Origin: Planctomycetota bacterium
GTDB lineage: Bacteria > Planctomycetota > Phycisphaerae > UBA1845 > Fen-1342
Length of the DNA: 51,246 nt
Direction: 5' to 3'
Assembly (NCBI GenBank): GCA_016235145.1
Contig: JACRLV010000056.1
Coordinates: forward strand, 1 to 51,246
Shown: positions 1 to 8,377 of the stretch, in pieces
How the letters are laid out: the number at the start of each line of letters is the position of its first letter
Numbering within the stretch: position 1 is the first letter of the stretch
The notes under the pieces: generated by a model
What the model was told of the DNA's origin: nothing
Seen by the model: the letters and a program-made list of their open reading frames with translations, nothing else
The model's database searches: none
Position numbers and translations under genes: made by a program

Positions 1-190
1 CCTCGGACCGTCAGCGCGTGGGCTGCGGGCCAGGCCCGCGCTCAGGGCTCGGATTCCCCTCGCGCCAAAATCGACGGCCCCACCCCGGACCGGCGCCGGC
101 TCCGTCATTGCTTGTGGCCTTCCGGCGGCATCGGTATTCTGGCCAGCGCCGCAAAGCGCGGCGAAAACAAGGCTCTGGAGGCGTACCAAC

Positions 191-757
191 ATGGCGCTCG
201 ACGACATTCTGTTCGAAGCGGAAGAGAAGATGGACGCCGCGGTCGAACACCTGAAAACGCAGTTCAAGGGCGTGCGCACGGGCCGCGCGTCGACGGGGCT
301 GGTGGACGGCATGCGGATCGAGGTGCCGGCCTATGGATCGACCATGACGCTGAAAGAGCTGGGCAACGTCGGCGTGGCCGAGGGCAACACGATCGTCATC
401 AAGCCCTTCGACCCGAGCACGCTTAAGGATATCGAACGCTCCATCATCAAGAGCGAAATCGGCATTAATCCGCAGAGCGACGGCAAGCTGATCCGCCTGC
501 CCGTGCCGCCGCTGTCGACCGAACGGCGAAACAAGCTCGCGGCGCAGGTCAAGGACATGGCCGAGCAGCAGCGCGTGGCGATCCGCAACGTGCGGCGCGA
601 CGCCAACAAGGCGATCGAGACGGCGGAAAAAGCCAAGACGATTACCGAAGACGACAAGAAACGCGGCCAGGAGCAGGCCCAGAAGCTGACCGACGACTAC
701 ACCGGCAAAGTCGACAAGCTGCTCGAGGACAAGACCAAGGACATCATGACGGTTTGA
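191..757 (+). CDS. frr: ribosome recycling factor
   Basis: 188-aa ORF of typical Frr length with recognisable Frr sequence along its whole length (e.g. ...GVRTGRAS..., ...IKPFDPS..., ...INPQSDGKLIRLPVPPLSTERR..., ...IRNVRRDAN...). Confidence 0.97.
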   Translation: MALDDILFEAEEKMDAAVEHLKTQFKGVRTGRASTGLVDGMRIEVPAYGSTMTLKELGNVGVAEGNTIVIKPFDPSTLKDIERSIIKSEIGINPQSDGKLIRLPVPPLSTERRNKLAAQVKDMAEQQRVAIRNVRRDANKAIETAEKAKTITEDDKKRGQEQAQKLTDDYTGKVDKLLEDKTKDIMTV

Positions 758-796
758 GACGCGCGGGCCGCGTTACGGCGGCGAGAGGACTGGGCG

Positions 797-1054
797 ATGG
801 GCTTTCGCGAAACGAGCGGCGGAAAGGTGGAGTTGGCGCTCTCGCTCGATCAACTCAAACGCATCTACGTCGCGCTGTTCGCGCACCTGCGCCAAGCGCC
901 GCTGGACGATCTGGATGAGGACGATCTGTTGCTGCGGATTCAGACGTACCTACAGCGCAAGGCGCGCGAGGCCGGCGTGGACGCCACCGACCACGCCCAG
1001 TGGGACGCATTTGTCGGGAACAACGGCCGATCGTGTGCGCGGCGGGCGCCGTAG
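797..1054 (+). CDS. hypothetical small acidic protein
   Basis: 85-aa ORF between frr and coaD with GC3-rich codons and a non-shadow composition. I recognise no family. Its TAG stop (1052-1054) lies inside the GTAG of the adjacent palindromic repeat. Confidence 0.45.
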   Translation: MGFRETSGGKVELALSLDQLKRIYVALFAHLRQAPLDDLDEDDLLLRIQTYLQRKAREAGVDATDHAQWDAFVGNNGRSCARRAP

Positions 1055-1138
1055 CGTCGGACCTCCGAGTCCGACGAGGAGATTGCCGCCGAAATGCCGT
1101 CGGACTCGGAGGTCCGACGCTACGGTGTCCGACGCTAC
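1051..1138. repeat. REPIN-like nested palindrome: two inverted GTAG-hairpin units plus a partial third unit
   Basis: GTAGCGTCGGACCTCCGAGTCCGACG (1051-1076) and its exact reverse complement (1098-1123) are separated by a 21-nt spacer. Each arm is itself a hairpin (GTCGGAC/GTCCGAC). A further GTCCGACGCTAC follows at 1127-1138. The same arms recur at 42060-42133. Confidence 0.85.
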
Positions 1139-1179
1139 GGCCAGCGCGGTAGCGTGTGTGACCGTGAGGTGAGCGAGCG

Positions 1180-1731
1180 ATGCCGAAGACCGATCCGAAC
1201 ATCGTCGCCGTTTATCCGGGAACATTCGATCCGCTGACGCACGGCCATCTCGACGTCATCCGCCGCGCGGCCTGCTTGTTCAACACGCTGGTGGTGGGCA
1301 TCGGCGAAAACCCGGACAAGCAACCGGTGTTCAGCCAGCAGGAGCGATTCGACCTGATGAAGCCGCACATCGCGGCCCTGCACAACGTGCGGGTCGAGAT
1401 CTATCGGGGCTTGACGATCGATTTTGTTCGCAAGTGCGGCGGGCGCGTGCTGGTGCGGGGAATTCGCGATATCAACGACCTGTCGAGCGAGTTGCAGCAG
1501 GCGAACGTCAACCTCGCGATCGGCGGCATCGAGACGGTTTTTGTGCTCACCAGCGACCAGCACGTGATGACGTCGAGCACGTACGTCAAGCAGATTTACG
1601 AGCTTGGCGGCGGCAACCCGAGTCGATTGAAACGGCTCGTGCCGGACAATGTAGCGCGGATGCTGGCCGCCAAACTTGGTCGGCCGCGACGGCGGAAGGC
1701 GGGCGCCCGAACGAGCAGAATTCGAGCTTGA
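1180..1731 (+). CDS. coaD: phosphopantetheine adenylyltransferase
   Basis: N-terminal YPGTFDPLTHGHLD nucleotidyltransferase (T/H)xGH motif, plus RGIRD...D...E and ISSTxVK-like (SSTYVKQI) motifs. It carries a short basic C-terminal extension. Confidence 0.95.
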   Translation: MPKTDPNIVAVYPGTFDPLTHGHLDVIRRAACLFNTLVVGIGENPDKQPVFSQQERFDLMKPHIAALHNVRVEIYRGLTIDFVRKCGGRVLVRGIRDINDLSSELQQANVNLAIGGIETVFVLTSDQHVMTSSTYVKQIYELGGGNPSRLKRLVPDNVARMLAAKLGRPRRRKAGARTSRIRA

Positions 1732-1765
1732 GACTTCGCCGCGATGCGGCGGATAGGGTAATTCC

Positions 1766-2905
1766 ATGCGTCTACTCATCGCGATCGGACTCTGCGTCGG
1801 CCTGGCCGGAACGGTTTTCGCCCAGGAATCAGACCCAGTCGACAAGCTCGTCGAGCGGATCGCCAAGGGCGATCAGGCCGATTCAAGGGACGCCGCCGAT
1901 GAGCTTGTCGAACTGACGATCGGCCAGCTGGCGAAGGCGATCGGATCGCTGGACTCGCGGCCGGCCGAAGAGGTCGAGCGGATCAGGGCCGCGGTCGGGC
2001 GAATCGCGGCGGGATTGAGGATTCGACTGGCGCGGACCGCGCTCCCGGAGGACGACAGAGCGCTCTTCGATCAATTCCGCAGGTCCTATCCCGAGCTGAT
2101 CGAGCAGCTTTTTCACGACAATTTCCGGGTGCGGCAGGCGGCCGTGCAGCAAATCCCGCTCGACCCCGACACCGGCGCCGGCGTCATGCTCGCCCTGCGA
2201 ATCGACGATGAGGACGAGAACGTCGTGACGGCCGCATTCGAGGTCGCGACGAAACTCGCCAGGCTCAAGGACCCCGTTCTCGCGCGGAATCTCGGAAGGT
2301 GGATCCACGACGTCACCGAAACCACGAAGTCCGGGCATTTCGGAATCGGGCAGGCAGAGCTCAAGCAGACCCTCGCCATCTTCGCCCACCGCGCGTCGCT
2401 GCTGCTCGCGAATTGCCAGGCGCGCGCGCAGCTTCCGCAGATGCTCGACGCGCTCCGATTTTTCGGCTCGCCCCAGCCGGATCGCTGGTCTCCGGACATG
2501 ACGGCCCAGGCGGCGATCGCGATCGGAAAGTTGCGAGATGAACGCGCCGCAAGCGTGCTCGCCGGGTTGCTGGACGATCCCCGTCTGGCGGAGCTGCGTT
2601 CGCCGGCGCCGGGAGCGCTGATCGCGCAGACGGTCGGCGACGCCGCGTTTGTGGCGCTGTTGAACGTCTACGAGCTGGAACCCGGCCGGTTTGGAATGGC
2701 GTGCGCCGAAGGCGAAGCGCCGGTCTACGGCTTTGTCGATGATGACTCGCGTCGCGCCGCGCGCGAACACTTGCGCGGTTGGATTCGTGAGAACAGCGGC
2801 AAGCCCGCCGCCGAGCGAAACGCGCCGCCGCCGCTGCCGGTCAAGGCGGCCCCGGCCACGCAGCCGGCCAGCCGCCCGTCAAATCGGATTCCCGCTGAAC
2901 CGTAA
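1766..2905 (+). CDS. secreted HEAT-repeat-like protein
   Basis: Signal peptide MRLLIAIGLCVGLAGTVFAQ. Helical repeats resemble HEAT/PBS-lyase type (AAIAIGKLRDERAASVLAGLLDDPRL). Pro/Ala-rich C-terminus. Confidence 0.65.
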   Translation: MRLLIAIGLCVGLAGTVFAQESDPVDKLVERIAKGDQADSRDAADELVELTIGQLAKAIGSLDSRPAEEVERIRAAVGRIAAGLRIRLARTALPEDDRALFDQFRRSYPELIEQLFHDNFRVRQAAVQQIPLDPDTGAGVMLALRIDDEDENVVTAAFEVATKLARLKDPVLARNLGRWIHDVTETTKSGHFGIGQAELKQTLAIFAHRASLLLANCQARAQLPQMLDALRFFGSPQPDRWSPDMTAQAAIAIGKLRDERAASVLAGLLDDPRLAELRSPAPGALIAQTVGDAAFVALLNVYELEPGRFGMACAEGEAPVYGFVDDDSRRAAREHLRGWIRENSGKPAAERNAPPPLPVKAAPATQPASRPSNRIPAEP

Positions 2906-3023
2906 AGGCCCGCTTGGAAGCAGCCTCGCAACCACAGCCCGCTTGGAGGCGCCAGCGTTCGTACGCCAAGAAAGCTCACCCGCTCGACCACCAAATCCGC
3001 CGACGAATCGCCCGCGACGATCG

Positions 3024-5876
3024 TCACGAGCTCACCGGGGTCCGTCCCCCGAGCAGCCGCTTCGATAGTCGCGCATACGCCAGCGACGTCACGATCAGCA
3101 CGATTCCCAGCGCGAGCAGCGACAGCACGCGGTACAGGTATTGGGCCTGGCTCATGTCCACCGTGACCACCTTGAGCAGCGTCAACCCGAGCAGCGCCAG
3201 CCCGGCGTAGCGGCTCCACGCCACCCGCCGTGCGAATCCGATCGCCACCAGCCCGATCGCGTAGAGCGCCCAGAACACGCTGAACGCGGTTTGGCGGACG
3301 ACGAACGGGCTTTCGAGCCGGGCAGCGTTCAGCCCCACCGCGCGGTCAAGCTCCAGCGAACCGAGCCAAAGCCCGACCAACGCCGCGAGGATCCACCCCG
3401 CCGCGCGCAATTGGCGCTCCGGCTGCGGCTGACTCGCGCCGTCCGGTCCGTCCGTCTCTGCCGGGCTCGCGGGCGGCCGGTTCGTCCACGCCAGAATCCC
3501 CAGCAGCGCCGCCCCGACGGCGAATTGCAGGTTGAAGACGACGCTGCAATGCGCCGCGCCGAGCAAGGCTCGCGGCAGGAGCGTTCCCAGCGTCAGCCAG
3601 CCGATCGCCGCGACGCAAAGCAGGACCCGCCCGCACGACACGTAGCTCGCACATTGCGATCGGCGGCCTGCGACGACGAGGCCGAGCGAACCCGCCGCCC
3701 ACAGCAGCGTGATCCACAGCACGCGGGCCCATTCCTCCGGCCAACCCGCCCTTGCCGCGACGAATTGCGAGACCACGCGATCCACTTCAAAGCTCAGCGC
3801 GAGCAGCACGAAGCACACCGCCGCCGCGATCAACGCCGGAGCGGATTTCTTCGCGCCTTCGCTCGTCCGTTCCTCAACGCGCGACAGCCAGATCGCGCCG
3901 CCGGTGATCAGCAGCGCCGTCAGCATCTGCACATTCAGCACCGGCCACAGGTCGGCCGCGTTCCAACCCGGCGAGAATCGCCCCGCGACCGCGTCCACCC
4001 CGAACCAGCGCACCGCCGCGAGCACCATCGCCGCCACGGCGATTTCGAAGAAGCGCTCCCGGCGTCCGAGATCGCGCAGACCGCCGAGCAGCATTCCGCC
4101 GAGCCACCAGCCGATCGTCACCGGCATCCCCCGGCCGGCGATCACACATAACCAGAGCCAGCCCAACGAGCCGATGATGCTCAGAATCGGCGGCAGCGCC
4201 GGCGACACGTCTTTTCGCAACCGCATCGCTCCGACGAAGACAGCCAACATCGCGAGCAGCACCAACGGGACGTTGTAGCTGAAGACCAATTCTCCGATCA
4301 TCGGGTAGTCGCAGGTCGCCCGAACGAGGGCCATCTCGGGCAGCCGGATGTCGATGGACCACAGGCGCAGCAGGGCCAGAGTGCCGAGAATGAGCCCAAA
4401 TACCTCCACGCCACGCGAGGGCAGCCGGCGTGCCAATTCGATGCACCCGACCGCCATCACCAACCACGACACGGTGCGTCCGACGCTTTCGATTCCCCGT
4501 CCGTGGAAATACAGCCCCGCAGCGGTCACGAGCAATATGCCGCCTTGCAGCCACAGTGAGGCGGCGAGCTTGCGGCCAGCGTCGCGCGGCCCATCGCGCA
4601 GGCCCGCCCAACCGCCGCCGACCCACGCGGCCAGCGTCAGAGTCGCCGCAGCGATGCAGACGCAGAAGAGAGCCAGCCATTCGCCGGCGTCCGGCACGGC
4701 GTTGTTAACCTGCCAGATCCCGGTGCCCGTCAACCACAGCGTCGAGACGAACGACGCGATTGCGTTGCCGTCTGCGGACTGTCCGCGGCGCGCCGCCAGC
4801 ACCAGCTCGGTTGCGATCGCACACCACCACGCCGCCAGGAACGTGAGCGACAGCCCCAGACGAACATCCGGCGTTTGCAGCCAGAGCGTCGTGATCAGCA
4901 CATGCAGCCCGAGCCCGACATATCGCAGCGGCCGCAGCCGCTCCGGCGACAAAGCGGAGCCCATCAGCGCAAGCACCAGGAGCGAACTTGCGTATAGCGG
5001 CAGCCCGGCGGCGAACGTCGACGCACCTGGCAGAAGAAACGGCGCCAGGTAACCGCCTACCAGCGTCAACACGCCGACGGTCAGCATGTGCGACCGCCAG
5101 GTGATCGCGACGCCGATCGCCGTCACTACCGTCAAGAGCCCGAAAGCGCCGGCCTGCGTCGTGAGGTGGAAGTACTGATACGTCGCGAACGCGGTGAGAT
5201 AGAGAATGCCGAGCCCCGCGGCGAAAAGGCCGACCGAAGCGACACGCCCGAGCTTTCGCAGCGTCACTTCACCCGCACCGATCAGTCCCAAACCGAAGGC
5301 CGCCGCCAGAACGCATCGCCACACCGGCGTGATGTTCAGCCAGCCCTGGTCATATGCGAATTTCACGAAAAAGCCGACCGCCAACACGAGCAGGATCGCT
5401 CCTGCCCAGGCGACCCAGCGCGTGCCGATCGCAAGCTCCAGGCCGCCGAAAGAACGAGGTGGTTCTTTTGCGGGGCGCTCGTCCGTTTTCAGCCCGGATC
5501 GCAGCTCGAAGAGACCGCCAGCGACCGGCCTTTCGGAAGCGGTGATTTCCGGCAGCACAGGCAGAGCCGAGTCGTGGACGGCATCCGCGATGGATGCCGC
5601 GGGAGTCGGAACGGTGGGCGCAGCGGGCTGTTTCTCTTCGACGACCTCCGCCGCGGACAAAATCGGAGGCGGCGACGGACGCGACAGGTCGCCAACGATC
5701 CGCCCGAGCACATCTTTTTTGCTTGGCGGTTCAGGAGTGACGGGCACGGTTGGCTGCGCGGCCTCGATCAGGGGAATGCCCGCTCGCGTGACGGCCTCTT
5801 CGAGCCGGTTCAGTCGCCGGCGAATGTCGCGAAGTTCCGTGGATGAATCTTGCTCATTCATCGTACACCCCGCCAA
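3024..5876 (-). CDS. large polytopic membrane protein, DUF2339-like
   Basis: 950-aa ORF. N-terminal coiled segment (RRRLNRLEEAVTRAG) is followed by about 25 hydrophobic helices rich in W/G/L, matching the DUF2339 architecture as I know it. The start could instead be the internal Met at 5861. Confidence 0.8.
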   Translation of the reverse strand: MAGCTMNEQDSSTELRDIRRRLNRLEEAVTRAGIPLIEAAQPTVPVTPEPPSKKDVLGRIVGDLSRPSPPPILSAAEVVEEKQPAAPTVPTPAASIADAVHDSALPVLPEITASERPVAGGLFELRSGLKTDERPAKEPPRSFGGLELAIGTRWVAWAGAILLVLAVGFFVKFAYDQGWLNITPVWRCVLAAAFGLGLIGAGEVTLRKLGRVASVGLFAAGLGILYLTAFATYQYFHLTTQAGAFGLLTVVTAIGVAITWRSHMLTVGVLTLVGGYLAPFLLPGASTFAAGLPLYASSLLVLALMGSALSPERLRPLRYVGLGLHVLITTLWLQTPDVRLGLSLTFLAAWWCAIATELVLAARRGQSADGNAIASFVSTLWLTGTGIWQVNNAVPDAGEWLALFCVCIAAATLTLAAWVGGGWAGLRDGPRDAGRKLAASLWLQGGILLVTAAGLYFHGRGIESVGRTVSWLVMAVGCIELARRLPSRGVEVFGLILGTLALLRLWSIDIRLPEMALVRATCDYPMIGELVFSYNVPLVLLAMLAVFVGAMRLRKDVSPALPPILSIIGSLGWLWLCVIAGRGMPVTIGWWLGGMLLGGLRDLGRRERFFEIAVAAMVLAAVRWFGVDAVAGRFSPGWNAADLWPVLNVQMLTALLITGGAIWLSRVEERTSEGAKKSAPALIAAAVCFVLLALSFEVDRVVSQFVAARAGWPEEWARVLWITLLWAAGSLGLVVAGRRSQCASYVSCGRVLLCVAAIGWLTLGTLLPRALLGAAHCSVVFNLQFAVGAALLGILAWTNRPPASPAETDGPDGASQPQPERQLRAAGWILAALVGLWLGSLELDRAVGLNAARLESPFVVRQTAFSVFWALYAIGLVAIGFARRVAWSRYAGLALLGLTLLKVVTVDMSQAQYLYRVLSLLALGIVLIVTSLAYARLSKRLLGGRTPVSS

Positions 5877-5912
5877 TAATGGCTGAAAGTTTACTCATTC
5901 AATATCTAGCAG

Positions 5913-6497
5913 CTACGCCGCCGTGCCATTCGCTTTCACCGCGAGCAGCCGGCGGAGCGCGCCCATGATCTCCGCGTGTAGCCCTACCGGCGAACCGTTC
6001 ACCGTTCCATAAATCCACCCAACCACCGGCTGAAGCGTCGTGCCCAGGAAGAACTGGATCGCCAGTTCGGGGTCCATCCGCCGAAGCTCGCCGGATTCCA
6101 TGCCCTTTCCGAGCACGGTCGCCAGCAGCCGCCGAACTCCGCGCTCGGTCGGCATCGATTGCACGAGATCATGCTGGCTGAGGAGGAGGAACTTCAAGAT
6201 GGTCGGAGACTCTTCAGCGAACGCGAGAAACTCTCGTACGATCGCGTCGATCTGATCCCAGGTACCCGCAGTCGGTGCGGCCCGCATAAGAATCCGTTCG
6301 ACCAAGGCATCGTAGTGCTGCCGATAAACCTCCGCCGCCAAGGCGTCCCGGTTCTCCCAGTACCGATAAAGGAGCCCGGGTGAGACCTTTGCGGCGGCGG
6401 CGATGTCCTGGATCGTCGTGGCGTGAAGTCCTTTTCTGGCAACGACTTCCACGACGCCTTTTTCGATGAACTCGCGTTTTTCAATTGGCCGTGCCAT
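5913..6497 (-). CDS. TetR family transcriptional regulator
   Basis: N-terminal HTH (GLHATTIQDIAAAAKVSPGLLYRYWENRDAL) and an all-helical C-terminal domain. I prefer the ATG at 6497 over the upstream GTG at 6518. Divergent from the BNR/MoaD-like pair. Confidence 0.9.
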   Translation of the reverse strand: MARPIEKREFIEKGVVEVVARKGLHATTIQDIAAAAKVSPGLLYRYWENRDALAAEVYRQHYDALVERILMRAAPTAGTWDQIDAIVREFLAFAEESPTILKFLLLSQHDLVQSMPTERGVRRLLATVLGKGMESGELRRMDPELAIQFFLGTTLQPVVGWIYGTVNGSPVGLHAEIMGALRRLLAVKANGTAA

Positions 6498-6713
6498 TAT
6501 GAATAAATCCTCACTCACTTATTATGGCGCGAGAACGGGCAGGAATCAAGTTGCGGGGGCATTTTTTCCTGAATCATCGCGGTGCGACCGCAACGGCTCG
6601 AACCGGAAACAGACGCGTGTCGGTTCGAAATCGTCCATGGGGTTATCATTCAAGAGGGAAATCCTGGGTGATTGCGGTCGAATCTCCAACGGACGGCCGC
6701 GATAGGAGAGATC

Positions 6714-7901
6714 ATGAGCAGCGTTCGAGTTCTTGTGGGCACCAAAAAAGGGGCGTTTATTCTCACATCCGACGCGAGCCGCAAAAAATGGGAGGTCAGC
6801 GGCCCGCACTTCGCCGGCTGGGAAATCTATCACGCGAAAGGTTCGCCCGTCGATCCGAAGCGGATTTACGTTTCGCAAACCAGCGGATGGTTCGGCCAGA
6901 TCATTCAGCGTTCGAGCGACGGCGGAAAGACCTGGGAGCAACCCGGCACGCCGCCGGGGGAGCCGATGACGACTCCGGAGGGCTTTCCGAAGGGCGAGAG
7001 CAACAAGTTCGTGTATGACACCTCTCCGGCGACGGGCAAGCCGCTGACCACGCACCAGTTCTACGACGGAACCCAGCACCCCTGGGAATTCAAGCGCGTC
7101 TGGCATCTGGAGCCGTCGCTCGTCGATCCGGATGCCGTTTACGCCGGCGTTGAGGACGCGGCGATCTTTCGAACCACGGATGGTGCGAAGACGTGGCATG
7201 AGCTGTCCGGACTTCGCGGCCACGGCACCGGTCCGCAGTGGCAGCCTGGCGCCGGCGGGATGGGGCTGCACACGATCGTGCAGGACGCGAAGAATCCGCA
7301 GCGTCTGACGATCGCGATCTCCGCGGCGGGCGTGTTTCGCACCGACGACGGCGGAAAGACCTGGGCGCCGAAGAATCGCGGACTGACTTCGAAGTACATT
7401 CCCGATCCGAATGTCGAGGTCGGGTTCTGCGTGCATCGCCTCGCCAGCCACCCGTCGCGACCGAGCACCGTGTTCATGCAACTGCACTGGAACGTCTGCC
7501 GTAGCGACGACGCGGGCGACAATTGGAGAAACGTCAGCGGTAATCTTCCGAGCGACTTCGGCTTCCCGATCGCAGTCCACGCGCACCAGCCCGAGACGAT
7601 TTACGTGTTGCCGATCCTCAGCGATTCGCTGCACTATCCGCCCGAGGGGAAGCTGCGCGTGTACCGCAGCCGCGTCGGCGGAAACGAATGGGAGCCGCTG
7701 ACGAATGGATTGCCGCAGAAAGACTGCTATGTAAACGTGCTGCGCGGCGCGATGTCGGTCGACACGCTCGATCCGTGCGGCATCTACTTCGGCACGACGG
7801 GCGGCCAGGTGTACGGCTCTTCGGATTCCGGCGACACCTGGGCGCCGATCGTGCGGGATCTGCCCGCCGTGCTTTCGGTCGAAGCCCAGGCGCTGCCATG
7901 A
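6714..7901 (+). CDS. BNR/Asp-box repeat beta-propeller protein (sialidase-fold, cytoplasmic type)
   Basis: Five Asp-box motifs: [47 protein letters not shown] sits upstream of the ATG at 6714. No signal peptide. Confidence 0.9.
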   Translation: MSSVRVLVGTKKGAFILTSDASRKKWEVSGPHFAGWEIYHAKGSPVDPKRIYVSQTSGWFGQIIQRSSDGGKTWEQPGTPPGEPMTTPEGFPKGESNKFVYDTSPATGKPLTTHQFYDGTQHPWEFKRVWHLEPSLVDPDAVYAGVEDAAIFRTTDGAKTWHELSGLRGHGTGPQWQPGAGGMGLHTIVQDAKNPQRLTIAISAAGVFRTDDGGKTWAPKNRGLTSKYIPDPNVEVGFCVHRLASHPSRPSTVFMQLHWNVCRSDDAGDNWRNVSGNLPSDFGFPIAVHAHQPETIYVLPILSDSLHYPPEGKLRVYRSRVGGNEWEPLTNGLPQKDCYVNVLRGAMSVDTLDPCGIYFGTTGGQVYGSSDSGDTWAPIVRDLPAVLSVEAQALP

Positions 7902-8194
7902 TTCGCGTCGAGCTGCCGTTTCATCTGCGGACATTGGCGGGCGTAACGGGCGAGATAACACTCGAAATCGAGGGGCCGGCGACCCAGCGGTCGGTGTTGG
8001 ATGCCCTGGAAGCGAGATTCCCGATGCTGCGCGGAACGATTCGCGATCACATGACGTTCCGACGCAGACCGTTCGTACGGTTCTTCGCGTGTCAGCGCGA
8101 TTATTCGCACGAACCGCCGGATTCGCCGCTGCCCGACGAAATCGCCAGCGGCGCCGAGCCCTTTCTCGTGGTCGGCGCAATCGCGGGCGGCTGA
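7898..8194 (+). CDS. MoaD/ThiS-family ubiquitin-like beta-grasp protein ending in Gly-Gly
   Basis: 98 aa with the typical MoaD pattern ([11 protein letters not shown]...) and C-terminal ...VVGAIAGG followed by stop. The start codon overlaps the upstream stop (ATGA at 7898-7901). Confidence 0.75.
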   Translation: MIRVELPFHLRTLAGVTGEITLEIEGPATQRSVLDALEARFPMLRGTIRDHMTFRRRPFVRFFACQRDYSHEPPDSPLPDEIASGAEPFLVVGAIAGG

Positions 8195-8377
8195 CCGCGC
8201 TCTCTCCGCACGAGGCGATTCGGTCGGCGCGATTGAAGAAAACGCGTTTTGCGCGGACTTGCCCGCTCTCCGGCGCTCGCTGGCGGCGCTGCTGCCCTGC
8301 GAGCAGTGCGATTTTGCGGGAAAACACTGCCGGCACAGCAGTGGCACAGCCTGCAATCTCCGGAAACGCGCGCCCGC

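Noticed and set aside
6490-6530. AT-rich imperfect inverted repeat (CCATTATGAATAA ... TTATTATGG) overlapping the TetR start as a TetR operator.
   Set aside because: The arms match poorly and unequally, and the site overlaps coding sequence. It is suggestive only and cannot be supported without comparative data.
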